DNA from: a virus
Taxonomy: Duplodnaviria > Caudoviricetes
IMG/VR virus record: IMGVR_UViG_3300037041_001930
Strand: one strand, 5' to 3'
DNA length: 64,000 nucleotides
In this document: positions 29,710-39,178 of the stretch, one piece after another
Position numbering within the stretch: the first letter of the stretch is position 1
Layout: each line of letters begins with the position of its first letter
Notes under the pieces: generated by a model
Told to the model about the DNA's origin: nothing
What the model saw: only the letters and a program-made list of their open reading frames with translations
The model's database searches: none
Translations under genes and position numbers: made by a program

Positions 29710-30954
29710 TTACTTGCCCCATATCTTCTCACCCAGCATGGATGCCCCGGATCCCATGAAGCCATACCCGAGTGCGCGTGCTGCGACTCCACCAAGTGTT
29801 GGCTTGGTACTAATGCGTTGAGCACCCGCGATACCATGGGGGACCCCAACGATGTTGACTACCCTGGACCCCAGACCAGACGTAAACCCCTCACGGAGTC
29901 TATGAGCCGCTTGCTCCTGCGCGGAGAGTGCCTGGTGCTTTGTGATATCCGGCGTGTTCGCATTGAAGTCAAGTTTACGTTGACCTGAATCCGCGAAGCC
30001 CACCAGTTTCTCCGCATTGGCTTGTTGAATCGCCAAGTTGGGATCACTGTTGTTACCGAAGACTCGTTTGAGGATTGACTGCTTACTGGGGTCCGGAGTC
30101 ATCGGGCCCTTCGCGGTGCCCTGATTCACGGCGTTGACCAATTCTTTGTTATCAAACAAGTCTTTGTTGTTCAGGATTGCCAGGGGGTGACTGGGATTGA
30201 CCATAGAACCCGCGGCGAACGTGTGTACCGCATTTCCGGCTTCAAGGGGAGCACGTGGCCCCTTGTCACCCTCGAGTCCTGCTGCGGTGCCCATAGCACG
30301 CAGATGGGGCTCTGCGGCTTCACCGCCCTGATTGAGTTTGTTGATGAGACCGCCAGTGGTCTGGATACCATGATCGGGGCCACCCGGCAGTTTCTTCAGC
30401 GCAGGTACAGTGCCATGGAGGACCCCAAGACCAGCACCTAAACCAAAAGCACCAGTTCCAGTGGGGGTGTTGTCCTGCAACCACGCACTCATCTTCTCAC
30501 GGGAGTCCCCGAAGATGCGACCACCAAGAGCCTTGTCGATTTCTTTGCGGTACACGTAGGCGGCGCCAAGACCAGCGGCGAGACCACCACTGGCCAAGGC
30601 CAGGGTCAACCATTCCTTGGCACCCCAGCCCTTGTCGTCCTCCTCGTCCTCGGAGTCATCCGAGACGGGATACACGGCTTCAGCGGCACACTTGATAGCT
30701 ATGTCTGCAACGTTGTACGCTGTCCTCCCCGCTGACGCATAGTCATCTGCACGCCAGTCCTTCATGTCACGTGTTTTCCAGAAATCGGGGTCGGTTACCT
30801 TACCCATAACATTGGAAACCATACCCTTACTGCTACGCCTTTTTTTGGGACTAGCGTGATTCGTTTTACTACGTGTACAGTCACCGTCTGAATCGGGGTA
30901 AACCTCTTCAGCGGCCTGCTTTGCAAAGGCGTCGTGGTCAGCATGGGTTACCAT
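29710..30954 (-). CDS. Glycine-zipper, probably membrane-associating head protein
   Basis: KQAA and KCAA motifs, acidic run, then WLTLALASGGLAAGLGAAYVY; further GAFGLGAGLG and ALGYGFMGSG segments. Confidence 0.7.
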   Translation of the reverse strand: MVTHADHDAFAKQAAEEVYPDSDGDCTRSKTNHASPKKRRSSKGMVSNVMGKVTDPDFWKTRDMKDWRADDYASAGRTAYNVADIAIKCAAEAVYPVSDDSEDEEDDKGWGAKEWLTLALASGGLAAGLGAAYVYRKEIDKALGGRIFGDSREKMSAWLQDNTPTGTGAFGLGAGLGVLHGTVPALKKLPGGPDHGIQTTGGLINKLNQGGEAAEPHLRAMGTAAGLEGDKGPRAPLEAGNAVHTFAAGSMVNPSHPLAILNNKDLFDNKELVNAVNQGTAKGPMTPDPSKQSILKRVFGNNSDPNLAIQQANAEKLVGFADSGQRKLDFNANTPDITKHQALSAQEQAAHRLREGFTSGLGSRVVNIVGVPHGIAGAQRISTKPTLGGVAARALGYGFMGSGASMLGEKIWGK

Positions 30955-30956
30955 GT

Positions 30957-32456
30957 TCAGCCCTTCGCGTGATGTTTCTGGAGTTTCAAGAGGACATCGG
31001 TGTCGAGGTCACCGCCACTGGCGAGCTGATCCTTGACGAGTCGGCGGATCATGGAGGCATCGGCATCGGGATTCGCGGCCATGACAGCATTGAAGGCTTT
31101 AACAGTTTCTGGGATCGGGCGCTGGGCGATATAGGGGTCATCCATGAGCCCGGCCAGGGAAACCGCAGCACCCGTGTTCTTGACCCGCTGTTGACCTCCG
31201 GAACCCAGAGGAGACTTGGGGGTCACCCCGTAATCCGGGGATTCGCCGCTACCACGGCTACCCATGGCACCACCAATGACATCTTCGATGGCTTCGCCAC
31301 CCATGGCAGCCTGGGGCAGCGTTGCCGCGGTATCCGAGAGATCCTTGACGTAGCCGCCGGCATCACCGGCGATCTTGGCAATCCAGGGGCCGGCTTCGGC
31401 GAGCCTGCGGTCGACTTCATTCTTGGCGGCCAAACAGTGCGAGGCGTGTTTCCACAAAGTCTCCAGCGTCGAGACTGAGTCGACGACTGCTTTCTCTTGT
31501 GGGGTGCATGTCGCGATGACGTCGCCAGCGATCTTCATCGCCGGGGTCGCCCTGTGGTGCCCACGGTTCTCGAGACCACCGGTGACCCAGATGACATCCA
31601 GGGTTGCGGGGTCGACACCAGCACGTTTCGCCAGGGTCTCCACACGGGAGAACGCTGGGGAATCAATGCGGGCAAAGGACTCCACGATTCGAGCCAGTTT
31701 AACGAAGGCGGCGTCGCGGTGTTCAGAGAACTTGGTTCTCGCGGCTTCCGCGGCAGCCTTCATGTTCTGAAGTTTGATAAAGGGGTTGTCGGCGAGGCGG
31801 GAGCAGTCGATGCCATGAAGCCCGGAGTCCAGGGCTTCCCGGATCCGTGCGGCTTCCATACCGAAATCAGCGCTGACCCCGACTCCATTGATATCGCATG
31901 CAATCTTGGTGCGACCACGGCGAAGTGCCATGGGGTCGCTGCCAAAGACTTCACGCGCAGTCTTGAAGAGTTCGGCGTCTTCGGCCTCGGCTTCGTCATC
32001 ACTGATGACGTCCTTGAAGTCGCCATCCTCTTTGTAGGACTCATCGACTTCTTCGGCGTCGGCTTTACCCGAGCTCTCAGATGCCGTCTTCTTGGCACCC
32101 GGCAACTTGTTCGGGGATTCGACGTCAGGGTAGTCCCCTGGTTTCGTACCATTCGCTGGCTTCTTGTCTTCAGCATCGGGTTCCGGGAATAACTCCTGGG
32201 TGACTTCATCCGCATTGGTCAACGGAAAGGGATCCGCTTTGGCCTCGGCTTCTGAGTTCGCGAGATGACTGAGGGTGCGTGAGTTATTGACGGCATGGCT
32301 GACCAAGGCGACCTCTTTAGCATTGAGGTCGAACTCCTGGGCTGCCTTGCGGAGTGCTGCATTGGGTGCAGCGCCATCGTTCATGCAGTCAACACAGGCC
32401 TCGGCAGCTTTGATAAGAATGGCGTGACGCCGGGGTCCCATGAGTTCAAGGCTCAT
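30957..32456 (-). CDS. Hypothetical head protein, KxA-rich
   Basis: 499 aa; KAAE, KAAQ, KTAS, KTAR, KIAC, KAAA, KIAG x2; ATGA coupling. Confidence 0.75.
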   Translation of the reverse strand: MSLELMGPRRHAILIKAAEACVDCMNDGAAPNAALRKAAQEFDLNAKEVALVSHAVNNSRTLSHLANSEAEAKADPFPLTNADEVTQELFPEPDAEDKKPANGTKPGDYPDVESPNKLPGAKKTASESSGKADAEEVDESYKEDGDFKDVISDDEAEAEDAELFKTAREVFGSDPMALRRGRTKIACDINGVGVSADFGMEAARIREALDSGLHGIDCSRLADNPFIKLQNMKAAAEAARTKFSEHRDAAFVKLARIVESFARIDSPAFSRVETLAKRAGVDPATLDVIWVTGGLENRGHHRATPAMKIAGDVIATCTPQEKAVVDSVSTLETLWKHASHCLAAKNEVDRRLAEAGPWIAKIAGDAGGYVKDLSDTAATLPQAAMGGEAIEDVIGGAMGSRGSGESPDYGVTPKSPLGSGGQQRVKNTGAAVSLAGLMDDPYIAQRPIPETVKAFNAVMAANPDADASMIRRLVKDQLASGGDLDTDVLLKLQKHHAKG

Positions 32457-33385
32457 ACAGAGGTCTCCTCGAGCACCGTGGCTTCCACGGTGCGAATCAT
32501 TTCGTGAACACGAGCCTCCCGAGCCGGGAGTTGTTTGTTGGCTTCCAGTGAAGGATTCGCCACTGAGAACGGGATTTCTTGCAGGAACGTCATGACGGCG
32601 TCAGCATTGGTATCCCCGGTGCCCACACCACCCAGGGCATGGATGGCACGATCCTTGATCATCATGAGCACGGATCGCATGGTCTCCAGACTGCGTTCGT
32701 CTCCACGGGTCTTGCAGAAAGAGGAAATCAAGGTCTGGCGATACGCGATTTCTTCAATCTGAGAGGCCAGGGCTTCACGGAGTGCGCCACCCTTCATGGT
32801 AGTCTGGAGGGCGCCCTTGGGGTCCACATAGGTCTCCAGGATCTTGGATCCCAGAAGCCAGCCGGCACGATGGTGTTCACCGAGTCGACTCGTATTACTG
32901 ATGTCCCTGATAAGACCAAGGATGTCCCCAAACAACAGGGTGCAGATCCACTCAGGCTTGTTCAGGATCCCACGGACATCGAAGAAGGTTTCCGTGTACG
33001 CGTAGATGTCGCCGAGTTTAAGCCCGGCTTCATTCCCCTGCGTCCACTTGGACAGGATGTCTTCAACCTCGATGTCGGAACACAGGAGGTAGGCCTCCAG
33101 AGAGGACCTCAGCCCGGGGGCCTCAGTGAACAACGTGTACGCGTTTTTAATACAGGAGTATTCTTCGCCGACGTCGAGTTCACGATCTCTGAAAGTCTTG
33201 AACTCATACGCCGAGGTCACCCCGAGATCATTGATCTCCTCGAGGCGAACTCGTGCCGCGGTCTCCCGCATCGCACTGAGCTCACAGACCCGACCCCACC
33301 GCCAGTCCGCACGGAACAGAGAGCTACCCTGGATATCCCGGGAGCGTCCGTACTTCTTTGCGTAGATGTCGCCTACGAGCTTCAT
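32453..33385 (-). CDS. Hypothetical protein
   Basis: 310-aa ORF with normal globular composition; few KxA motifs. Confidence 0.75.
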   Translation of the reverse strand: MKLVGDIYAKKYGRSRDIQGSSLFRADWRWGRVCELSAMRETAARVRLEEINDLGVTSAYEFKTFRDRELDVGEEYSCIKNAYTLFTEAPGLRSSLEAYLLCSDIEVEDILSKWTQGNEAGLKLGDIYAYTETFFDVRGILNKPEWICTLLFGDILGLIRDISNTSRLGEHHRAGWLLGSKILETYVDPKGALQTTMKGGALREALASQIEEIAYRQTLISSFCKTRGDERSLETMRSVLMMIKDRAIHALGGVGTGDTNADAVMTFLQEIPFSVANPSLEANKQLPAREARVHEMIRTVEATVLEETSV

Positions 33386-33388
33386 GGA

Positions 33389-33592
33389 TTACTTCTGGGC
33401 GGCCTGAGCAGCGGCGAAGGCATCGAGCTTGGCATGGGCAACCTTGGCGAGGCCATGGACCTGCTCATCGCTGAGGCCCATACCACGTGCGGCTTCATAG
33501 AAGCCGAGATCGACAGCATTGGCACCGTCGACTTGATCAGCGGCAGCCAACTTTTTCAAGGTGACTTCTTCAGCGGTCTTGGATAACGACAT
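33389..33592 (-). CDS. Small (67 aa) KxA-motif protein
   Basis: Start re-assigned to ATG 33592 with AAGGAATCCACC RBS; MSLSKTAEEVTLKKLAAAD. Confidence 0.7.
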   Translation of the reverse strand: MSLSKTAEEVTLKKLAAADQVDGANAVDLGFYEAARGMGLSDEQVHGLAKVAHAKLDAFAAAQAAQK

Positions 33593-33626
33593 GGTGGATT
33601 CCTTTTCTGGGAAATTGAAGACGGGA

Positions 33627-35879
33627 TTAGCCGTCCATGGTTGAATTGATGCCGAGACCGTAGAACTCGGGGTCTCCTGATAGCGTGCGTTTGCGCAAGA
33701 AAATGACAAGGTCACCTAAGCCCTCAAAGGACGACTTCAGGTTGTCACCGAGTTCAACACTGTCTTCCTTGCCAAACTTCTCCTGGAACTCATCGTAGTG
33801 CCAGTGCATCAGGAACAGGATGCGACCGAGGCGGTCCATTCCGGCGACAATAGTGGGCAGGAAGCGCTCAATCATTTCAATGGGGGCGTGAGCCTTGGTC
33901 AGGCTACCGAGTACAGCGGAGTCAAAGACTTCTTTTTGGCCAGTCTTCGCGGCTTGATCAATGGCATCGAAGGGGTCCCCACCACCTTCGTTTTCGGCGT
34001 CTCCATGCCCAAAGGGCGAGAAGTATTGGTATTGCTGCCGATTGTCGGGGATCTGTGCCGGTCTCGCCTGGGTCTCCCAGGGCACCTTGGTTGTATGGAA
34101 ACTCGACATCACACCACCTTCAGAGGTGTCATTGATGTCGGGGAACGCCATCATGTTTTCAGAGGCGGCTTGCTTGACTAACCAGTTCTGAGGAGCCCGG
34201 AGGGCATGCTTGAGCATGCTGCGGGTGTCGACCTCGGAGCACCCGTGCTTCTTCATGAGATAGCTGATCGCAGCTGTCTTCCCGAAGTAGTGGCTGCCGA
34301 AATCATCCTTGATGTTGATTCCGGTTTCGTCGGTCCAGACTTTAACAGCACTGGCCTGCTTCTTGAGGACTTCGATGATCGTGTTGTGGTCGCCGAAGTC
34401 AGAAGCCTCGAGATGTTTTTCCAGACGGGCCTTCTCGCGATCATCCCAGCTCACCTTGGAGTCGTCTTCACGATTACCATAGACAACGGCACTGTAATAC
34501 TTCGAGTTCACGTACAGAGTTGAATTTGTTTTCTTGAGGTCACGGTTCCCGGCAGCGGAAACGATGACTTGGTCGCAGTCGTGTTCGCCAATGTAGCCCA
34601 AGGGGCGATTGATAGCGAAGACACCACGATCCTTGTGAGCGAAGCGCTCGGGGATCGAGCGGAGATCCCATGTGGAACCCCCATGGGTCTTATAGGTCGT
34701 GATGCCGTCATCACTGACCGCGGTGAAGACATCCAGGGGAGCCGAGGTCTTCACACCATCATTGGCGACGAAGATGACTTGGTCGCCAGGGCGAACTTTA
34801 TCGGCGCCCACGCTGACCTTCTCGAGTTCCTTGGCGAAATCGGTTTCCGTGTATTGCCGCAGAGTCGCGATGACACCAGATGCTGTGATACAGGTTTTTT
34901 CATCCGAGCATCGGATCACGAAGACCCTGCCGTTGTCCTGCGACATCGGGATCACAAGTGTGGGTTCCACGGAGCCGTCTGAATACAGGACGTCGTAGAG
35001 GCCGCCACCAGTGGGACTCGTGAGCTGCTGCTTGGTCTGCGTCGAGTACACAATGGACTTCGACATCTCGGGACGCTTGTCGACAACGGCGACGTCACCC
35101 TCGAGGATCTGCTTGCGTTGGGCATCCGTGAGGTCGTCGACGCCTTCTTGGTCAATGGTCGAGATCACAGTGATGGGCTCACCCTTTTGCTCCGCGGCGA
35201 GTTTAACAACACCGGGAACCGTGAAGGCGAGATCGGGGTAGAACTTACGAACCGCATTGGCGAGTTTAACATGCCCTGCGGTCTGGGGGTTCGTGATGGT
35301 ATCCAGGAACATCGAGGCGACATCGTGACCCATGGCTTCGAGCCCACTGGGGAGATCAATGGCACCCGCGATCTTGCGGATATGGGTAATCTTGTGGACG
35401 GGGACCACGGGGCAGCCCCCTGCTGATTTCCGAGCCGCGGCGCGTTTGGACAAACTGCTGCCACCACCATCGCCGTCGTAAATACCGGCGGGGAGCGTGC
35501 GGAGACGATTGTAGTCTGGGGTGCGGACCCCACGTTGGACCCGGTTCCGCTTGTCGGCTTCACCGAGAACCGTGGGACGACGATTGATAATCGAGTTGAC
35601 CCAGTCTTCACTCAAAGGCACGAAGAGGTCTGAGTTCACGGAGTAGATGGAATCGAGCCCCTTGATCTCACCGTTAAGGAAGAACACGGGGCTGTAATGC
35701 CAGTCCCCGCCGATCTCGAACGCGAACATGCCGACCGCACGACCGCCATCTTCATCGGCATCAATGAGTTGAAACCCGACGAGATAGTCGAGGAGAACCG
35801 GTGACTTATCACGGAGTCTGGCGTTGGCGAGATCAGAGAACGTCTGTTCCAGCGCGGACTCAGAGGTATCTTGCGGCAT
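33627..35879 (-). CDS. Large hypothetical head protein with KxA motifs between domains
   Basis: 750 aa; globular N- and C-terminal regions; KRAA, KSAG, KIAG, KLAA, KQAS, KTAA, KQAA; GGAG RBS. Confidence 0.8.
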   Translation of the reverse strand: MPQDTSESALEQTFSDLANARLRDKSPVLLDYLVGFQLIDADEDGGRAVGMFAFEIGGDWHYSPVFFLNGEIKGLDSIYSVNSDLFVPLSEDWVNSIINRRPTVLGEADKRNRVQRGVRTPDYNRLRTLPAGIYDGDGGGSSLSKRAAARKSAGGCPVVPVHKITHIRKIAGAIDLPSGLEAMGHDVASMFLDTITNPQTAGHVKLANAVRKFYPDLAFTVPGVVKLAAEQKGEPITVISTIDQEGVDDLTDAQRKQILEGDVAVVDKRPEMSKSIVYSTQTKQQLTSPTGGGLYDVLYSDGSVEPTLVIPMSQDNGRVFVIRCSDEKTCITASGVIATLRQYTETDFAKELEKVSVGADKVRPGDQVIFVANDGVKTSAPLDVFTAVSDDGITTYKTHGGSTWDLRSIPERFAHKDRGVFAINRPLGYIGEHDCDQVIVSAAGNRDLKKTNSTLYVNSKYYSAVVYGNREDDSKVSWDDREKARLEKHLEASDFGDHNTIIEVLKKQASAVKVWTDETGINIKDDFGSHYFGKTAAISYLMKKHGCSEVDTRSMLKHALRAPQNWLVKQAASENMMAFPDINDTSEGGVMSSFHTTKVPWETQARPAQIPDNRQQYQYFSPFGHGDAENEGGGDPFDAIDQAAKTGQKEVFDSAVLGSLTKAHAPIEMIERFLPTIVAGMDRLGRILFLMHWHYDEFQEKFGKEDSVELGDNLKSSFEGLGDLVIFLRKRTLSGDPEFYGLGINSTMDG

Positions 35880-35908
35880 CTGGGGGACTCCTAGCGGTGC
35901 ATCAAAGA

Positions 35909-38900
35909 TTAGCGTGGGGATCGCGGAGGGGAAGTCGGTAGCGGCGGCGTGCCATAAGACCCCGTGGTCTTCAGGGTATCCCCGAAACCAGTGGCCTTGG
36001 CGAGAGCGGGGACATAGGACGTCGAGTTGGGATCCGAGACCCTGGAGCGATGAACACTGTCCAGGAATCCTGAGGAGGTATAGAAACCGGATAGCCTGGT
36101 CTGCCAGTCATTGTCGTTGTAGACCCCGAGGACCCCCCGCTGCATCACGGGCTGGAAATCGGGTTCGTCGTCATGGGCGTCGACATCCTTGACCCCCCAC
36201 TTCTGGAGATCCCCGGCGACCTTCTTGGTAATCCGGGTTCCCGGGGTGTAGTGGAGCACGGGTTCCTCGAGGTACTTGCCGACCCCAGAGTTCGGAGCAA
36301 CCCGCTTGGTCCCTGCTCTGGCCTTGTAGGCCCCGGCGACTGAGTTGTAAGACGCGACATCATCGACGATGTGGTCACCGACCCCGTTGGGATTCGTGAC
36401 CTTGACCCAGTTGATGAGCCCGGCGACCACGGTCTCGATGTTGCGACGATGAGTCTTGATCCCTGAGTTCGTCAGAGCCTCCTGGAGCATCTCGGCGTAT
36501 CTGCGGCGGGCTTCCCCGACTCCCTTGAGCCTGACGAGCTGCTCGGGGTGCGGGGCGCCATCGCTGATGTCATCCCCGGCTTCCAGGGCATCTCCGGGCT
36601 TCACCACGGGTTCGACACCGGGGTGGAGATAGTAGTCGCGGTCATCCACGGTGACGAACTGGCCACCCTGGGGTGCCTTGCGGATCCCCTTGACGACACC
36701 ATCGACCTCGGCGAGTGGACCTGACTCCGGGAATGTTTCAGGAGATTCTATAACACGGTTGAGGTACTCGAAACCAGTACGAAGATTCTTTTTAGCCCCG
36801 ATGGCACCAGACTGGTGCTTTGAGTTACTTACGATCATGCCATTACCCAGCACGAATAGGTGGTCGGGGTGAGCTACCTCGATATCATAGACATGAAGAT
36901 GCCCGGCATCTGTCCTGTCTTCCTGACGCCACCACTCTTCGCGAGTAACGCTCTCAACTGCTGTCTTTATTCGGTCGGCCGCTCTCTCACACTTCACGCC
37001 AAATAACCGTATGCTTCTATAAAAACGAATAACATCCCGATATTTAGTAATGCAGACGTTGTAATGTCGTCTCTTTTTCTTCGAGTTGGAGCTGCTCTTT
37101 GTCGCATAGATGCCGAACCTAATGCGCAGCAACTCCATTACGCCATCGATGAGTTTCTCACTGCTAGATGCAAATGAAAACCCCATACCATCTTTTTTCC
37201 GACTAAATACTGAGCCGTCGGTGACAAACAACCCGGCCAGGAGCTCACTCACTGCCTGGTTATCCCATTGATTCACAAACGAAGGTATTTCTTTTTCATG
37301 CGCGTATTTCCCATAAAGACCCTCATCTCTGAACCACTGCAAAATTGGATTTTCAGTGACCGTGCGCATCACACGTCCCGTGATTGTATCCCTCACGATA
37401 CGCCCGTACGACCGCTGGCTCAACCTGGTCAACGCATAATAAATGGTCTGCCCCCCGCATATATGGAACTGTAAATCATGTGGTGCTAAGTAGCCATTGA
37501 GGTGGTCAATCTGAGTCTGGTCTGCACAGGAAAGATGGATCCCGGTCACTGATTCAGTGTAGCATCCGTCCCCGAGAAGCACCCCGAGCAACTTAGCTCT
37601 CCAATCGTAGATCAGATGATTTTCGCTAGATAGCCCTCCCTCACAACGTATTCCAGATGCTTTACTCATGTCTCCAATCGCGCACACGGCATCACGGTGC
37701 ATTTCCCCATACTCAGAACTATAGTGAATGTGCGTTAAAACCTTGTGGGCAGGGGTGCATGTAATGGTATGAAACGTATGGTGGCTACAGCTCTGTCTGA
37801 AACGATAAGTAACACACGGCTGTACACCATTATCAAACGTATGGGTAACCTCCACTGGAAAGGTCTTTCCGGAGATGTCTGCCCCAAGCACGAACTCACC
37901 AGGCTTTATGGTCTCTATCTGACGTAAGCTAAAGTCAGCCATGCGAACAAGCGTACCCTTGGATAGACAATTCAGGGACCCCTGCGACAACGGGGCGCCT
38001 ATGCTCTGGGCAGCCGCGATACCTATCGCATCCCCAATGTTACTGAGTTCTGTTCTGTCTCTGCGCCCTGCTGCGATACGTGAGATCCCCCCGTCTTCAG
38101 TGGGCTCTGTCATCGGGCTGTGAACCAAGATGTCCTCAACCCCATCCTCTGACAGAGATTCCAGTATGTCTGGTGTAATTCTCTCTCCGGCTTTATGTGC
38201 GCCTGCATCCCTGGCAAGCACCGCGCCGATGTTATCAGTGTCGCTGACCTTGGATGGTAGCCCAACTGGTAGCCTGGTCATGGGAGCAGTGTCTTTATTC
38301 ACGACGATACGATGCGCTGCGTTAGCCAACTTCTTGCTTAAAAACCCTGCGTCAGCTGTCGCGAGCTTGACCTCTAGCATACCTTTTCTCTGCCCATAGG
38401 TCCCTGCCCAGTATTCCACGGGATCCAGGCCTTCACTGAGGCTGTGGAGAATCGGGATCGGAACGATTTCATTGCGGTGGTCATTGACGAGACCAGATGC
38501 CCCACGAATCGCGTTGTAGTCTGACATCTTCCCACGGGCACCAGATTTAACCTGAAACCAATATGGGTTGTTCTCGGATTCACCGGACTCCTCGAGCGCT
38601 TTCTGCATCTTCTCGACCATTGGAAACATGACATCGGTGATGGCTTGCTTCTTAGCATCGGGGTCGAGGTCAGAGGTCTCAATGGCCATGACCCTGGAGC
38701 GCGCACGCTGTATCAGCTTTTTCTCTTTGTCTGTTTTCCTGAGCCCGCTGAGACTGACGCTGACACCCTCGGTGAACGCGGCATCCCTGCCGACATCGTT
38801 CATGGTCTTGATGACGTCTTTGTAGCGATCGGGGTACTTCTCGGCGATGTGCCGCAGAATCGACATCAGCTCTTTTTTGTCGATGGCTTTACCCCGGATC

Positions 38901-38959
38901 TGGAGTTCCGGGGGAAGGCTGTCATTGAGCAAAAGGGTGCCGACCGTGGTGGGGTCCAT
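35909..38959 (-). CDS. rpoC: DNA-directed RNA polymerase beta' subunit, C-terminal half, intein-containing
   Basis: TTVGTLLLN, NPYWFQVKSGARG, SLSEGLDPVEYW, bridge helix KLATADAGFLSKKL, trigger-loop GIAAAQSIGAPLSQ...SKH, GIKTHRRNIETVV; all align by eye with bacterial beta' regions E-H. Confidence 0.92.
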   Translation of the reverse strand: MDPTTVGTLLLNDSLPPELQIRGKAIDKKELMSILRHIAEKYPDRYKDVIKTMNDVGRDAAFTEGVSVSLSGLRKTDKEKKLIQRARSRVMAIETSDLDPDAKKQAITDVMFPMVEKMQKALEESGESENNPYWFQVKSGARGKMSDYNAIRGASGLVNDHRNEIVPIPILHSLSEGLDPVEYWAGTYGQRKGMLEVKLATADAGFLSKKLANAAHRIVVNKDTAPMTRLPVGLPSKVSDTDNIGAVLARDAGAHKAGERITPDILESLSEDGVEDILVHSPMTEPTEDGGISRIAAGRRDRTELSNIGDAIGIAAAQSIGAPLSQGSLNCLSKGTLVRMADFSLRQIETIKPGEFVLGADISGKTFPVEVTHTFDNGVQPCVTYRFRQSCSHHTFHTITCTPAHKVLTHIHYSSEYGEMHRDAVCAIGDMSKASGIRCEGGLSSENHLIYDWRAKLLGVLLGDGCYTESVTGIHLSCADQTQIDHLNGYLAPHDLQFHICGGQTIYYALTRLSQRSYGRIVRDTITGRVMRTVTENPILQWFRDEGLYGKYAHEKEIPSFVNQWDNQAVSELLAGLFVTDGSVFSRKKDGMGFSFASSSEKLIDGVMELLRIRFGIYATKSSSNSKKKRRHYNVCITKYRDVIRFYRSIRLFGVKCERAADRIKTAVESVTREEWWRQEDRTDAGHLHVYDIEVAHPDHLFVLGNGMIVSNSKHQSGAIGAKKNLRTGFEYLNRVIESPETFPESGPLAEVDGVVKGIRKAPQGGQFVTVDDRDYYLHPGVEPVVKPGDALEAGDDISDGAPHPEQLVRLKGVGEARRRYAEMLQEALTNSGIKTHRRNIETVVAGLINWVKVTNPNGVGDHIVDDVASYNSVAGAYKARAGTKRVAPNSGVGKYLEEPVLHYTPGTRITKKVAGDLQKWGVKDVDAHDDEPDFQPVMQRGVLGVYNDNDWQTRLSGFYTSSGFLDSVHRSRVSDPNSTSYVPALAKATGFGDTLKTTGSYGTPPLPTSPPRSPR
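36824..37969 (-). mobile_element. 382-aa intein with LAGLIDADG homing endonuclease, inserted in the beta' trigger loop
   Basis: Starts CLSKGT, block B TCTPAHKVLT, LLGVLLGDGC and LLAGLFVTDGS, block F VYDIEV..DHLFVLGNG, ends IVSN followed by Ser(+1). Removing it restores QSIGAPLSQGSLN|SKHQSG. Visibly more AT-rich than the gene's 3' part. Confidence 0.92.
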
Positions 38960-39177
38960 TATCGGGATCCAGTACGGATGACCTCAACGGGGGTCGGGGT
39001 CAAACCAAGTTTGCGAACCGTGGATGAGAAATCTGACTTCGTGGCATCGGTATGCGCAACCAACCCATTTTCCTCATACGACAGCGCCAGGGGTTGTCCG
39101 AAGTCATCGGTAACGACGACTTCGGCAACGCTGATGTGGATCTGGCGTCCATCGGAGAGTCGGATGCGAGCACGCAT
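38959..39177 (-). CDS. Small hypothetical protein coupled to the beta' C-terminal gene
   Basis: 72 aa; stop overlaps the beta'C start (TAATG). Confidence 0.65.
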   Translation of the reverse strand: MRARIRLSDGRQIHISVAEVVVTDDFGQPLALSYEENGLVAHTDATKSDFSSTVRKLGLTPTPVEVIRTGSR

Positions 39178-39178
39178 G

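Noticed and set aside
29706-29849. 48-aa N-terminal extension of the protease in the ORF track (likewise extensions at 1440, 20382, 23025, 24585, 26840, 33715, 57364, 62487)
   Set aside because: They overlap upstream genes or a terminator region; downstream ATGs with RBS or stop-start coupling fit better.
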